Positions 26,120-35,199 of a DNA stretch of 64,000 nucleotides are shown here, piece after piece; position 1 is the stretch's first letter; each line of letters begins with the position of its first letter. Where the stretch lies: the sequence record NC_023610.1; one strand, 5' to 3'. The notes under the pieces are model-generated. The model searched no databases. It worked only from the letters and a program-made list of their open reading frames with translations, and was not told the origin of the DNA. The position numbers and the translations under genes were made by a program.

Positions 26120-26413
26120 TTATGGGACCTTAACGCTGTGTGGTTGCGCCAGGTCCTTATTACAATCCCCGAGGGTTTGCAGTGGAATGAGACCGCCCTG
26201 TGATGAGGAAAGGTATTGGCATCCAGTTACCATATCCATCACCAACGTGAAACGGTCATCAGAAGTTTCCTTGACGATAAAGCGTCGTTCTGAAAGGGGT
26301 GGTCGGACAAGGTCGTGTATCGACCCGTAGATGAATTCCGTACACAACCCAAGTAGGAATGCCAGGAACACGGCGACAGGATACCGCCGGATAAAATTAT
26401 ACATCAATGCCAT
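26120..26413 (-). CDS. Membrane-anchored small protein (DUF6440-like)
   Basis: N-terminal hydrophobic segment; D..TGCQYLS...GGL motif. Confidence 0.55.
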   Translation of the reverse strand: MALMYNFIRRYPVAVFLAFLLGLCTEFIYGSIHDLVRPPLSERRFIVKETSDDRFTLVMDMVTGCQYLSSSQGGLIPLQTLGDCNKDLAQPHSVKVP

Positions 26414-26640
26414 CCTCAGCTAAGTGGAAGTTCTTTAAGAACAACGATTCTTCTAATACCCAGATTTCACCAGCCGGACGGTCGTGTGTCGGCGTGGTGT
26501 TGGTAAAGATAACCATGGGTAGCGAACAGTCCTGCGCATGTTTCCCTACTGCGAGCACTTTAAATGGCAATCCTGAAGGTGACCTTACTTCAAGTCCTGG
26601 AACGACCTCACGGAGAAGAGTCTCCCCGTATCGTACCAGA
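26397..26640 (-). CDS. DUF1653-like small protein (start uncertain)
   Basis: FKVLAVGKHAQDCS.PMVIF...WV....FL..F pattern. Confidence 0.45.
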
Positions 26641-26791
26641 CGTAAACGGTCAACAACGTCAAAGCGATTGACAGAGCAAATATGATGGCCAAGTTCATGA
26701 GACTGCTTGGCATCGGGTTCTTGCGGTATTTTCGAAAATCCCACAGGAGGCCTCCAAATGTAAACCAAGCAATCAACGTTAAGTAGCCCAC
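26585..26791 (-). CDS. Small two-TM membrane protein
   Basis: AAGGAGG RBS then GTG 26791; two hydrophobic segments. Confidence 0.5.
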   Translation of the reverse strand: MGYLTLIAWFTFGGLLWDFRKYRKNPMPSSLMNLAIIFALSIALTLLTVYVWYDTGRLFSVRSFQDLK

Positions 26792-26832
26792 CTCTAACCT
26801 CCTTCGGTACTTATTGCTCACACTAAGTGTAG

Positions 26833-27108
26833 TTAGAAGAGGACGATTACAGTAAGGATGACGCCCCAGTGCCAGCACCACCAACAGGCATCGGCTCTCG
26901 CCAATGACCGCTTAGGTGAATCTAACATGCAAATAAAACCAAACCCAATCAAGCCCGCTGACAACCCCGCCAGAATGTACATGCACTCTGACGTAGGGTG
27001 AAGCCAGTCGAGCACCTGTTGCGAGAGTACCCAAGTACAAACCAGACCAAACAGGGTCTGGCGGATTGGACGAAACTCGCGCCAGAATTCATCTGTGCTG
27101 TACGACAT
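26833..27108 (-). CDS. Small multi-TM membrane protein
   Basis: AAAGGAG RBS, ATG 27108; three hydrophobic segments. Confidence 0.6.
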   Translation of the reverse strand: MSYSTDEFWREFRPIRQTLFGLVCTWVLSQQVLDWLHPTSECMYILAGLSAGLIGFGFICMLDSPKRSLARADACWWCWHWGVILTVIVLF

Positions 27109-27121
27109 CGCCCAATCTCCT

Positions 27122-27997
27122 TTAGTACAGGTCTTCTGAGTACAAAGACGCTTCACGGGAACCGGTCTTCTCACGCCCTTCGAGCTGACCCGCATTTTTT
27201 GCAATCACGTAAGCTTGCTCACGGTTATGATAGTCACCGAACTGGTCAATGAACCCCTGGTCTTCCCCAATGGCGTGGTCGTTCTCCAACAATTCCCCGA
27301 GACGCAGCGCTGCAAACAGCGCGTGTGCATCAGGGGTACCGTGACGGGCACAAGGAACGGTCAACTTACCACCGTTCTTCATCGTCGCCCGGAACGCAGC
27401 AGCAACGATGGTACGCTGCACCACCACCCCATTCTCTTCCCACACCTTCCAGCATTCCGGCGGCAGTTCCCAATACGCCCGACCTTTATCACTGTAGATT
27501 TTGGTAGCCTGTTCACACTCACCGTGGAAATGGAAACGGAAGGTCACCACTTCAGTAGGTTGGAACAGGAGGAAATCTTTAAACACCTGGGCACTACCGA
27601 TTAACCACGGCGTCAGAATGAACGACCCTGATTTCATGCTGCGCAGAACATCAGCCATTGGCCCTGTGATGTGCAGGCGACCGTGAACACGAATGCGTCC
27701 TTCTGGCGTGCGTTCGATTTCGTGCAGGCGGACGGTAGCCCCGATGAACTGTCCTTCGAAACGATTAGGTTCCTTGATGTCCGGGGTAGTGAACGGCGGC
27801 ATCTCCACGTAGAACGGCCCACGACGGTTAGCGTGTTTACGCAGTGCCAGTAAGAGATTGTTTTCACAATACTTCTTACCGTCCTTGTCAATGTCGTTCG
27901 GTGCCCAGTCCAGTAAGAGCACCTTGAAACCACCCACGGTGGATTCTAACGGCAGTGTATTCACCGCCCCCAAGATAAAGTCTTTATTGTCTTTCAT
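27122..27997 (-). CDS. Two-domain hypothetical protein; C-terminal conserved phage domain (QGFIDQ.G...R.EA...A...GQ...LYSEDLY)
   Basis: 291 aa downstream of a TATATTAC promoter and AAGGA RBS. Confidence 0.65.
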   Translation of the reverse strand: MKDNKDFILGAVNTLPLESTVGGFKVLLLDWAPNDIDKDGKKYCENNLLLALRKHANRRGPFYVEMPPFTTPDIKEPNRFEGQFIGATVRLHEIERTPEGRIRVHGRLHITGPMADVLRSMKSGSFILTPWLIGSAQVFKDFLLFQPTEVVTFRFHFHGECEQATKIYSDKGRAYWELPPECWKVWEENGVVVQRTIVAAAFRATMKNGGKLTVPCARHGTPDAHALFAALRLGELLENDHAIGEDQGFIDQFGDYHNREQAYVIAKNAGQLEGREKTGSREASLYSEDLY

Positions 27998-28042
27998 TGT
28001 AAATCCTTGTTAAAGGTGGGTGAAGGTTATTGCTTCACCCGG

Positions 28043-28058
28043 GTAATATAGACTTTAG
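28043..28058 (-). promoter_or_regulatory. Early promoter motif
   Basis: Minus CTAAAGTCTATATTAC, followed by a leader hairpin (plus strand GGGTGAAG-GTTATTG-CTTCACCC, 28018-28040). Confidence 0.6.
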
Positions 28059-28513
28059 TCGGAGTTGATGGTGCCTGGTGCCCAGTACTGAAGGTGATAC
28101 TCCAGTGACGCGATAGGAACCATGAAGTGGTCACGGAGCGCCACCAGTCGAGGATGAGTCACGTCTGTCCCCATCACACGGTCACGCATGACCGCCCAGC
28201 GTTCCATGCATTCCAGGAACGTCGATTCACCTTTAATCACGTCGACGACTTCAGGGACACGGATTTCATCAACCCGCACACCACGGTCATCGTAAAGTGA
28301 AACGCCTACACCGACAGGATGCACCGGTGACATGAAGTTCCACATGTACTTCTCTTCGACGTTCTTCATCGGTTCGACGCACATCGAGTAGAAGTTCCCC
28401 CAACCAGCCGGGGAGACGCCCTTGTTACGGATACCCTCTAGTACGGTAGCCAGTTGGTAAATTGCGTAGCCAGCTTCGTACGCATCGAGAGAATGTTCAC
28501 GTTGGTTCATCAT
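28055..28513 (-). CDS. Hypothetical protein
   Basis: 152 aa, GGAGG RBS, ATGA overlap. Confidence 0.6.
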   Translation of the reverse strand: MMNQREHSLDAYEAGYAIYQLATVLEGIRNKGVSPAGWGNFYSMCVEPMKNVEEKYMWNFMSPVHPVGVGVSLYDDRGVRVDEIRVPEVVDVIKGESTFLECMERWAVMRDRVMGTDVTHPRLVALRDHFMVPIASLEYHLQYWAPGTINSD

Positions 28514-28821
28514 GCCTCCAGTAAAGTGAATCGTTCGATGAAGTATTCAATCGGCTTCGACCAAATCTCCAACGGCTTGCCTTCCGGGTGGTAAACGACC
28601 TGTACGTCCCAGCCCGGTTTCGTGGCACGTAAGTTGGTCAGGAGATGAAGGACGTAAGTTCCGCCGGTGTCCTTACGATAACGGCGTCCGACTTTGAGTC
28701 CACGCATCCTTTCTTCAATCGGGTCCACACGTTTCTCCTTCTTCTGACCTGGGTTCTTTTGCTCTTCCATGATTTCACGGATTAATGCATCCTGTTCCTC
28801 GCGGCTAAGTTCTCTACCCAT
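28510..28821 (-). CDS. DUF1653-like protein
   Basis: G.RYR...G..Y.L..L.N......VVY......IWS.P...F..RF pattern. Confidence 0.55.
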   Translation of the reverse strand: MGRELSREEQDALIREIMEEQKNPGQKKEKRVDPIEERMRGLKVGRRYRKDTGGTYVLHLLTNLRATKPGWDVQVVYHPEGKPLEIWSKPIEYFIERFTLLEA

Positions 28822-28840
28822 TTTGGTTACTCGACGTTAG

Positions 28841-29278
28841 TTATTTCCCACTACCCAAAGTCTGGATATTTCGGGTCGATTCCATGATGGGGAGGTTACC
28901 TTCAGTCGGAACGTAGATGACCTGGTTCTTAGTCTGCTGTAGGCCGTCAACCCACAAGTAACGTAGATAGGCCTCGTTGTTCTTCAGACTGTTACCGATA
29001 ATCTTGTTGGCTTCAGCCACCCCACCGGCTCGGATGATTTCTGCCTGCGCTAAGGCCGCCGCAGAATCTTTCTTCGCCTCAGCCTCCTGTACGGAAATCT
29101 GACGGTCCTGTGTTGCTTTCATCAGTGCAGCTTTACCTGCCATCCCTTGTTCCCAGACATTGTAGTAAGGGCAACCAGCCATGGAAAGGACGATGAAAGC
29201 CACAACGCCAATGGCAGTACGCTTAGCGTTCTTCTTCACAAACGCCACAATAAAGTTTTCTTCGCCGTAACGAGACAT
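28841..29278 (-). CDS. Membrane protein resembling the SPFH/Band-7 C-terminal coiled region
   Basis: TM segment then EAEAK..AA...AEIIRA.GVAEAN.II..SL....YL.YLW...L......VIYVPTE.NLPI. Confidence 0.65.
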   Translation of the reverse strand: MSRYGEENFIVAFVKKNAKRTAIGVVAFIVLSMAGCPYYNVWEQGMAGKAALMKATQDRQISVQEAEAKKDSAAALAQAEIIRAGGVAEANKIIGNSLKNNEAYLRYLWVDGLQQTKNQVIYVPTEGNLPIMESTRNIQTLGSGK

Positions 29279-29296
29279 GTTTCTTTTCCTTGTTAG

Positions 29297-30403
29297 TTAT
29301 TTGGATACTGGGTAAGGGATGTGGGCGTGCGATTCGTAACCTTCCAGAATGAAATCGTCAAACTGGAAGAATGCCGGGTCGGTGACTTCACGACCTTTGG
29401 TGTCGATACGCAGCTTCGGTAACTTCATTGGTGTACGGCTCAGCTGGGTTTTGGTCATCCCCATCTGGTTAGCGTAGATGTGCGCATCACCCAGCGAGTG
29501 CACGAAGTCACCTGGAATCATGTTCAGGATGTGCGAGAACATGTGAATCAGTAACGCATAACCCGCGATGTTAAACGGTACACCTAACGGGATATCTGCA
29601 CTGCGTTGATACATCTGGCAACTGAGGCGGTACTTCGGTACTTTCGCTTCGTCCAGCTCTTTGATGAACTGCGCTTCGTGACGCAGAACGTGCTGTGACA
29701 GGTAATGACGGTCAACGTACGTTAAACGTTCCCAGGTGGTCAGCTCGTCAGCGTAGAACTGGAAGAAGGCATGACACGGTGCCAACGCCATACGGCCTTC
29801 CATGACGTTTTCCTCGACGCTGTGGTCTTCCCAGGGTAATGACTCCGGGTTCCAGGTAGAGACGCACATACGGCGGCTCATGGGGTCTTTCTTGAGCGTG
29901 GCGAGGATAGTCTTAATCTGGTCAATGGAACCGAAGGCTGTTGGCCATGCGCGCATTTGCTTACCGTACATCGGGCCGATTTCACCTTCCTGGATATACA
30001 TGTAATCGTTTACATCCAGACCCGCCTTAGTGAACCAAACCAGAATATCTGTCCACGCCATGTCATCAAATCCCGGTGGACAAGTGATGGGTGCGTTCTG
30101 TTGCGCTGCCACCCAGTTGACGTTCTCACCGACTTCAACCATTTCTTTGGTGGCTGCCCACTCGTTCCAGATGGTAACCCCTTCTTTGGCCAACTCTCGG
30201 TTGTCCGTGGAACCCTGCATGAACCAGAGCATCTCGTGAATGATGCTGCGCAAGTGAACTTTCTTGGTGGTGACTAGCGGAAACCCGTCCGCGAGGTTAA
30301 AGCGCATTTGGTGACCAAAGATACCATACGTTCCGCCGTTACGGCCTTCACGATAACGTCCTTCCTTTACTGTCTTCGCCATCAAATCTAAATACTGTTG
30401 CAT
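29297..30403 (-). CDS. thyA: Thymidylate synthase with two insertions
   Basis: MQQYLDL..., FPLVTTKK, ELLW-like EMLWF, IWNEWA, GPMYG.Q.R.W, ALAPCH catalytic Cys, YQRSAD..LGVPFN, D.HIY.N. Confidence 0.95.
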   Translation of the reverse strand: MQQYLDLMAKTVKEGRYREGRNGGTYGIFGHQMRFNLADGFPLVTTKKVHLRSIIHEMLWFMQGSTDNRELAKEGVTIWNEWAATKEMVEVGENVNWVAAQQNAPITCPPGFDDMAWTDILVWFTKAGLDVNDYMYIQEGEIGPMYGKQMRAWPTAFGSIDQIKTILATLKKDPMSRRMCVSTWNPESLPWEDHSVEENVMEGRMALAPCHAFFQFYADELTTWERLTYVDRHYLSQHVLRHEAQFIKELDEAKVPKYRLSCQMYQRSADIPLGVPFNIAGYALLIHMFSHILNMIPGDFVHSLGDAHIYANQMGMTKTQLSRTPMKLPKLRIDTKGREVTDPAFFQFDDFILEGYESHAHIPYPVSK

Positions 30404-30610
30404 GTGCAAGTGTCCCGTCTGTGTGTAAAAGAATTTTCTCATAAGGCAACCCAATGTCGTCAAAAAAGAACGCGTTTCACTAATTCCTTACCCACTGATT
30501 AGAATGATAAACACTGTATGCAGGTGGTGTTTTTGCGACTCTAGCGACCACTGGACCTGAAACCCACCTGGGTTTATTGTCCTAAAAACCGTCGATTAGG
30601 AGTTTCGCCC

Positions 30611-32515
30611 ATGAGTACCTTACAAGCCACTGCGCAGCAAACCCCACTTCAACAGCTCCAGGAATTAGTAGACTCCGGGAACAAATTGATAATGCTGCAA
30701 AATGGTTCACCAGTTGAATTCCCCCTGAGCCTTTTGACCCAGGTAATGGGGGATGCGGTGACACTGGAGAAGTTGTCAGCGGTCGACAGCACTGCCATGT
30801 TTGGGAGTGTGCAGTCCTTTGCTGATTTACGTAAACTCAAACCGACAGCAAACAATGTCCGGGTTAACCTGCGTGGTTGGAACAACGGTTCCGACCTCGG
30901 AGGCGGTCAGTTCATTGGGCGTATCGGTGTGGCGAAAGCGAGCATGAAGAAAGACGATGGCGGTGTGATTGCCACGTCTGGTACCGACTGGTATTGGGAG
31001 CGTGCTATCGGGGACATCAACACGCTGGACGTGACGCACTTCGGTGCGGTAGCTGACGGCGTGACAGACAGCCTCCCGGCGGTACTGGCGATGTTTAAGT
31101 GGTCACAGGCGAGTGGCGGGTTCCAGGCGATTCAATTCCCGGCAGGGAAGTTCTTCCTGTCGCAGTTTGAATACCTGGCTGAGATTGCCCGCTTCCGTCT
31201 GAACGGCACAGCAACCAATCACTTCGGTTACTTCAATGCAACTACCCTGACGTCGGACTCGAACGAGAACGTCCTGTTCAGTCTGAACGCACGTTGGGTC
31301 GAGATTTCCGGATTTGTCTTTGAAGGTCGCACGGACATTGACGGGAACAAGAAGGGGTTCTACAAAAACATCATTGCCGGGGGACAGTACACCCGTATCA
31401 GCATGATGCGTTGGTCCAAGGTGGGCGGGACTTGCGTGGATATGCTGGATACCCTTGACTCGAAGATTGACCAGTGGTACGCCAGTGGTTGTACTGGCGA
31501 TGTCATCAAAGGGTATTGGTCGGGGCGTGCCGCGGGCGTATGGGACCACATGACGGCGGTGGAGCTGAGTAACTTTAACGTCCAGAACTGTCGGGGCGGA
31601 AAGGTACTGAACTTGCCGCGTTGCACGCAATCCTTCATCTGGAACGGCTGGATTGAGCACAGTGACAACCCAGGCGACCTGTCGAACGGCCAGTGGATTA
31701 TCAACGGACTGAACATCGAAGACTGTAAAATGTCTCCGTTGAAACTGACTTTTGCACGCATCATCAATTTCCAGCTGGGTCTGCAATCCGGTTCGAGCGT
31801 CTCTTACGACGTACAGGACGGGGACGTAGAATGGCTGAGTCAGTGGGAGCGTGGGCATGTCGACATTGACAACCACGGTATCTACATTGACGGGACGATT
31901 GACGCTGCGATTGTAGGGTCGCGCAACAAACTCAGTAACTCTTCTGACAAAGCGAAATGGTTCTGTCTGGGACGGTTCTTCACGCCTTCTGAAGGGGACC
32001 AAATCGACATCAACATGGTGGGGACGGGGAACTTCCTGTCCATCTCTACCACCATGGCAGATATCGACGACACCCGACAGGGCGGAGGTAACACCCTGAT
32101 TCGCTACCAGGCGAAGAAAGGGGCGGCAGGGTTGTCGTTAATGCCGATGGGCTCAAGTCCAATCAAAGCAGTAGCGTACACCTCAACCAGCGCAGGGAAC
32201 ATCACGCTTTACGTGCAGCTGAAGCCGTACACCCGTAACGTGATTCCTATCATCACGGCGACCGGGTTAACGCACTTCGAAGCCGGGGTGAGTGTATACT
32301 GGCGTCCAGACCGTAAAGCCCTGACCGATGAGGAGATGGCGGCAATTGTCGACGTTAAACCTGTGGTCGAGCAGTGGTCGATTGGTCAGCTCGCGGGTAT
32401 CGGTGCCACGCAGGAGGGATACCTGTTAGTGAAGTCTAAAGTGGAGAACGGACACCTCGCCGTCAAGGTTAACGGTAAAGTGCAGTACCTCCAGTTGAAA
32501 GCTTCACCGCAGTAA
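30611..32515 (+). CDS. Tailspike-like beta-helix protein, putative EPS depolymerase (AmsF/WceF-like)
   Basis: GGGQF...DDGG tailspike head motif, VTHFGAVADGVTD pectin-lyase entry, I.FPAG.F, then beta-helix repeats; resemblance to AmsF/WceF is from memory. Confidence 0.65.
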   Translation: MSTLQATAQQTPLQQLQELVDSGNKLIMLQNGSPVEFPLSLLTQVMGDAVTLEKLSAVDSTAMFGSVQSFADLRKLKPTANNVRVNLRGWNNGSDLGGGQFIGRIGVAKASMKKDDGGVIATSGTDWYWERAIGDINTLDVTHFGAVADGVTDSLPAVLAMFKWSQASGGFQAIQFPAGKFFLSQFEYLAEIARFRLNGTATNHFGYFNATTLTSDSNENVLFSLNARWVEISGFVFEGRTDIDGNKKGFYKNIIAGGQYTRISMMRWSKVGGTCVDMLDTLDSKIDQWYASGCTGDVIKGYWSGRAAGVWDHMTAVELSNFNVQNCRGGKVLNLPRCTQSFIWNGWIEHSDNPGDLSNGQWIINGLNIEDCKMSPLKLTFARIINFQLGLQSGSSVSYDVQDGDVEWLSQWERGHVDIDNHGIYIDGTIDAAIVGSRNKLSNSSDKAKWFCLGRFFTPSEGDQIDINMVGTGNFLSISTTMADIDDTRQGGGNTLIRYQAKKGAAGLSLMPMGSSPIKAVAYTSTSAGNITLYVQLKPYTRNVIPIITATGLTHFEAGVSVYWRPDRKALTDEEMAAIVDVKPVVEQWSIGQLAGIGATQEGYLLVKSKVENGHLAVKVNGKVQYLQLKASPQ

Positions 32516-32524
32516 GAGCAAAAA

Positions 32525-32556
32525 ATAAAGGAGGGGCAAACGCCCCTCCTTTTATT
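32525..32556. terminator. Bidirectional terminator
   Basis: ATAAAGGAGGGGC-AAAC-GCCCCTCCTTTTAT. Confidence 0.8.
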
Positions 32557-33223
32557 CTTCATTCACCGTGTAAATCGCCATTGCTTTCAGAACGTCTGCG
32601 GCACTTAAGGCTTTGTCAAAGAACATGAGGTTAGACATTAAGCCCCGTCTGTCCTTGTTCTGCGATACGGCCCAGTTGTATTTACCAAAGCCGGTAAAGA
32701 CCCTAGTATTAAGCGTAGCCACCTTAACCCCGTTCTTGTACGACGTAAGAACATTGTTCTTCATGGTTAAAGCAAAGTGGTTCCAGGTGTTCTGTGTCAA
32801 GGTTAACTTCGACCGATACCATTCGCTCTGCCCGGTACCTGAAGGGTAGTTGATAAGAAAATACCCTTGATACGTACTGGTATTGTACTGAATCAACATG
32901 GTGTTCTGTGAAGACGAACTGACTTCGGTCGAACCCACGTTATGCCAGTCAATGGCGTTTTCTGGATACATCCACCATGACATCGTCCATTCCGCTCCAG
33001 AGAATACGTTGTCACTAAACTTAATACTAATATCCTGCGATAGGTCTAATCCGCCGCGCGATTCACGGCTCCCTATCGTCCCAACACTTGCAGGTAACAT
33101 GCCAACGAAATCCTCGTACCCATCTTTAACGTAGGTATCTAGTGAGGACTCCAGCGGTATTCGTAGAATCGGTGGTTCCAGTGACATCCCCGTTCCGTTA
33201 GACATTGTCATTGATTCAAGCAT
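32552..33223 (-). CDS. Concanavalin A/LamG-like lectin-domain virion protein
   Basis: AAAGGAGG RBS, MLESMTM start; WTMSWW, W.HFALT, Y.NG, MSNL.FFD.ALS LamG motifs. Confidence 0.7.
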   Translation of the reverse strand: MLESMTMSNGTGMSLEPPILRIPLESSLDTYVKDGYEDFVGMLPASVGTIGSRESRGGLDLSQDISIKFSDNVFSGAEWTMSWWMYPENAIDWHNVGSTEVSSSSQNTMLIQYNTSTYQGYFLINYPSGTGQSEWYRSKLTLTQNTWNHFALTMKNNVLTSYKNGVKVATLNTRVFTGFGKYNWAVSQNKDRRGLMSNLMFFDKALSAADVLKAMAIYTVNEE

Positions 33224-33290
33224 CAATCCTCCTTTACCATTTGAGTGCTGTGAATTCATACTATTGACTTAAGTCAAACTGAAAAGAGAC

Positions 33291-33322
33291 AAAAAAAAAG
33301 AAGGGGCATTACGCCCCTTCTT
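33291..33322 (-). terminator. Intrinsic terminator
   Basis: Minus AAGAAGGGGC-GTAAT-GCCCCTTCTTTTTTTTT. Confidence 0.8.
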
Positions 33323-33865
33323 CTATTCTTTCTTTTCCTCTTCTTTCCCCGGACGTGGGCACGCCTTGTTAGAAAGCGGAATGGGATTCGGATACTTTTC
33401 GTTTAGCATCTTACAGAGGTGGGTCGTTGAGAGGGTCACGTATGTCCCGGCAATCATTATCTGGGTTTGTTCCACACGCCGCACAACCTCGTCAGTAGTT
33501 CCGCCCATAACGAGCGATGCCTGCACTGCTTCCTCCACCGCGTAACGGTATGCTCGAACGTGGGTACCCCCTTTCCCGTACAACGCACGCCGCCGGAAAA
33601 ACCCTTTCTCCGTAACGAAGAAATCATACAGTTTCCCGTCATGGGTCAGTATAGCACCCAACGGTCCGTCCGCTAACGTTACCCACGGCCACTCCCCCGT
33701 TTCAAGGTAGTCGTGCAACGCAAACCCATCCACCGTCAAGGGGATAACAAAACCCCATGGAGTGAAGAAACTTTCCAGCGGTGGGTTCAGGTTCAACTCG
33801 TTAGGTTGCTGTACCTTGACCGCAAAAGTAATGTCTTCATCGCGAACCAAGTAGAAGTTACGCAT
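33323..33865 (-). CDS. Hypothetical protein, possible degenerate Ntn-hydrolase paralog
   Basis: Coupled to upstream gene; YGKGG...AV..AV segment resembles its neighbour; basic tail. Confidence 0.55.
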   Translation of the reverse strand: MRNFYLVRDEDITFAVKVQQPNELNLNPPLESFFTPWGFVIPLTVDGFALHDYLETGEWPWVTLADGPLGAILTHDGKLYDFFVTEKGFFRRRALYGKGGTHVRAYRYAVEEAVQASLVMGGTTDEVVRRVEQTQIMIAGTYVTLSTTHLCKMLNEKYPNPIPLSNKACPRPGKEEEKKE

Positions 33866-34400
33866 CCTTCTTCTTCCTTTTTGGTTTAGGGATTAACTTC
33901 AAATCCCGTTGTTTAAACGATACCACGGTACCGCCACAGTCCGGGTTGACAGCGATGGCCAGTTTAACAGCCGCTACAGCGTCCAGACCGTTGTATGCGC
34001 CCATCTTCGCAATACGTAACCCATTGCCATGCCCGTAGGTTTTATGCGATGTATCGGCCTTATAGAGCGTTGTGTCGTCAAAGGCGTACAGGTAACGTTT
34101 GGTCAAAACCAACATGCTGCGGTCGGCCTGAGGACCAAAGGTCTTGTGCATGTATTCCGGTAACTCGATACTTACGTCGTCGGTCACATCCAGCGCCCGG
34201 ACTAACGGCTCAATCGAGAGTTGCCAGGACACCCGTGTACTGAAGTCGGTGTTTTCACCGCACATCCCAAGGACCATATCCCCTGCTTCATTATCCCAGA
34301 GCTTTAACATCGCCCCCAGGTCTTCACTGTTATACCCTCGGTCGATGATAGCCCGGCTGTCAGCGGCAATGATACCGCGATGGTAAAGTACTATCGACAT
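33858..34400 (-). CDS. Ntn-hydrolase / proteasome-beta (HslV)-like protein
   Basis: N-terminal (M)SIVLY..G.IAADSR, HGNG...A, AV..A...N..CGG.V pattern. Confidence 0.65.
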   Translation of the reverse strand: MSIVLYHRGIIAADSRAIIDRGYNSEDLGAMLKLWDNEAGDMVLGMCGENTDFSTRVSWQLSIEPLVRALDVTDDVSIELPEYMHKTFGPQADRSMLVLTKRYLYAFDDTTLYKADTSHKTYGHGNGLRIAKMGAYNGLDAVAAVKLAIAVNPDCGGTVVSFKQRDLKLIPKPKRKKKDA

Positions 34401-34459
34401 GCGATAACCCCTTGAATGCAAAATAAAAAATGGGGACGCTTGTCCCCATTTTAGGATTA

Positions 34460-34768
34460 CTAGCAGCGCTGCTGTTTAGCCTGAGTAGAGCCACTACCTT
34501 GGGTTTTCTTTGCCGGAGCGGTTTCCACCGCCGGTTGTTTCGGTACGTCGTACGCAATAGCTTCAAACTCACCGTTGAAGTACACGTTGTAACCCGGTTT
34601 CACTTTGAACGGAACCTGGTCAGTGTTAACGGTAAAGGTCACACCGGAATCCAGCTGGAAGTCGATGGTGTCGTTGTGCACGTCCAGAGCCTGCGCGTAC
34701 TTACCGTTGTCATCGGTGAACAGGAATGCTGCCAGTGGAGCCAGTTGTGCCAGAGTTGTTTTAGACAT
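34460..34768 (-). CDS. Hypothetical protein
   Basis: GAGG RBS, ATG 34768; terminator at 34424-34452. Confidence 0.65.
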   Translation of the reverse strand: MSKTTLAQLAPLAAFLFTDDNGKYAQALDVHNDTIDFQLDSGVTFTVNTDQVPFKVKPGYNVYFNGEFEAIAYDVPKQPAVETAPAKKTQGSGSTQAKQQRC

Positions 34769-34784
34769 CAGTATTTCCTCTTGA

Positions 34785-34994
34785 TTAAGTTTGTAGCCAG
34801 CCATGGTCGTACGCTATGGTTAACGCCCAATAGATTACGCACATGATGGTGATTGCACTTGAAAGAAAAACGAATACCGCTAACTTATTGATTTTGAAGC
34901 GCCCTATTACGTAGATAACCAGACACGCAAAACCAAAGACGGTAACCGCGAACATGAAGGCGAAGTGGGCGAGTCCCCAATCTGAACTTGACAT
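34785..34994 (-). CDS. Small two-TM membrane protein
   Basis: GGAGG RBS, MSSSDWGL...; two hydrophobic helices. Confidence 0.6.
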   Translation of the reverse strand: MSSSDWGLAHFAFMFAVTVFGFACLVIYVIGRFKINKLAVFVFLSSAITIMCVIYWALTIAYDHGWLQT

Positions 34995-34995
34995 C

Positions 34996-35199
34996 CTACC
35001 TCCAGTTGTAGATGAACAAGGCGTAGCCGAACGGGACGTACGAAAGGAACAATGACATGAATGCCACGTACGCCCCAACCAACCACCACCGCCGTCTGGG
35101 CTTCGCATTCTTAATTACCAACCAACAGGCCAGTGAAAAAGAACACATGGCCGTCAGGGTGATAAGAAAGAAGAGACCGGTTAATCCAGGGAGACTCAT
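34996..35199 (-). CDS. Small two-TM membrane protein
   Basis: ATGA overlap with sspB; two hydrophobic helices flanking KNAKPRRR. Confidence 0.6.
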   Translation of the reverse strand: MSLPGLTGLFFLITLTAMCSFSLACWLVIKNAKPRRRWWLVGAYVAFMSLFLSYVPFGYALFIYNWR

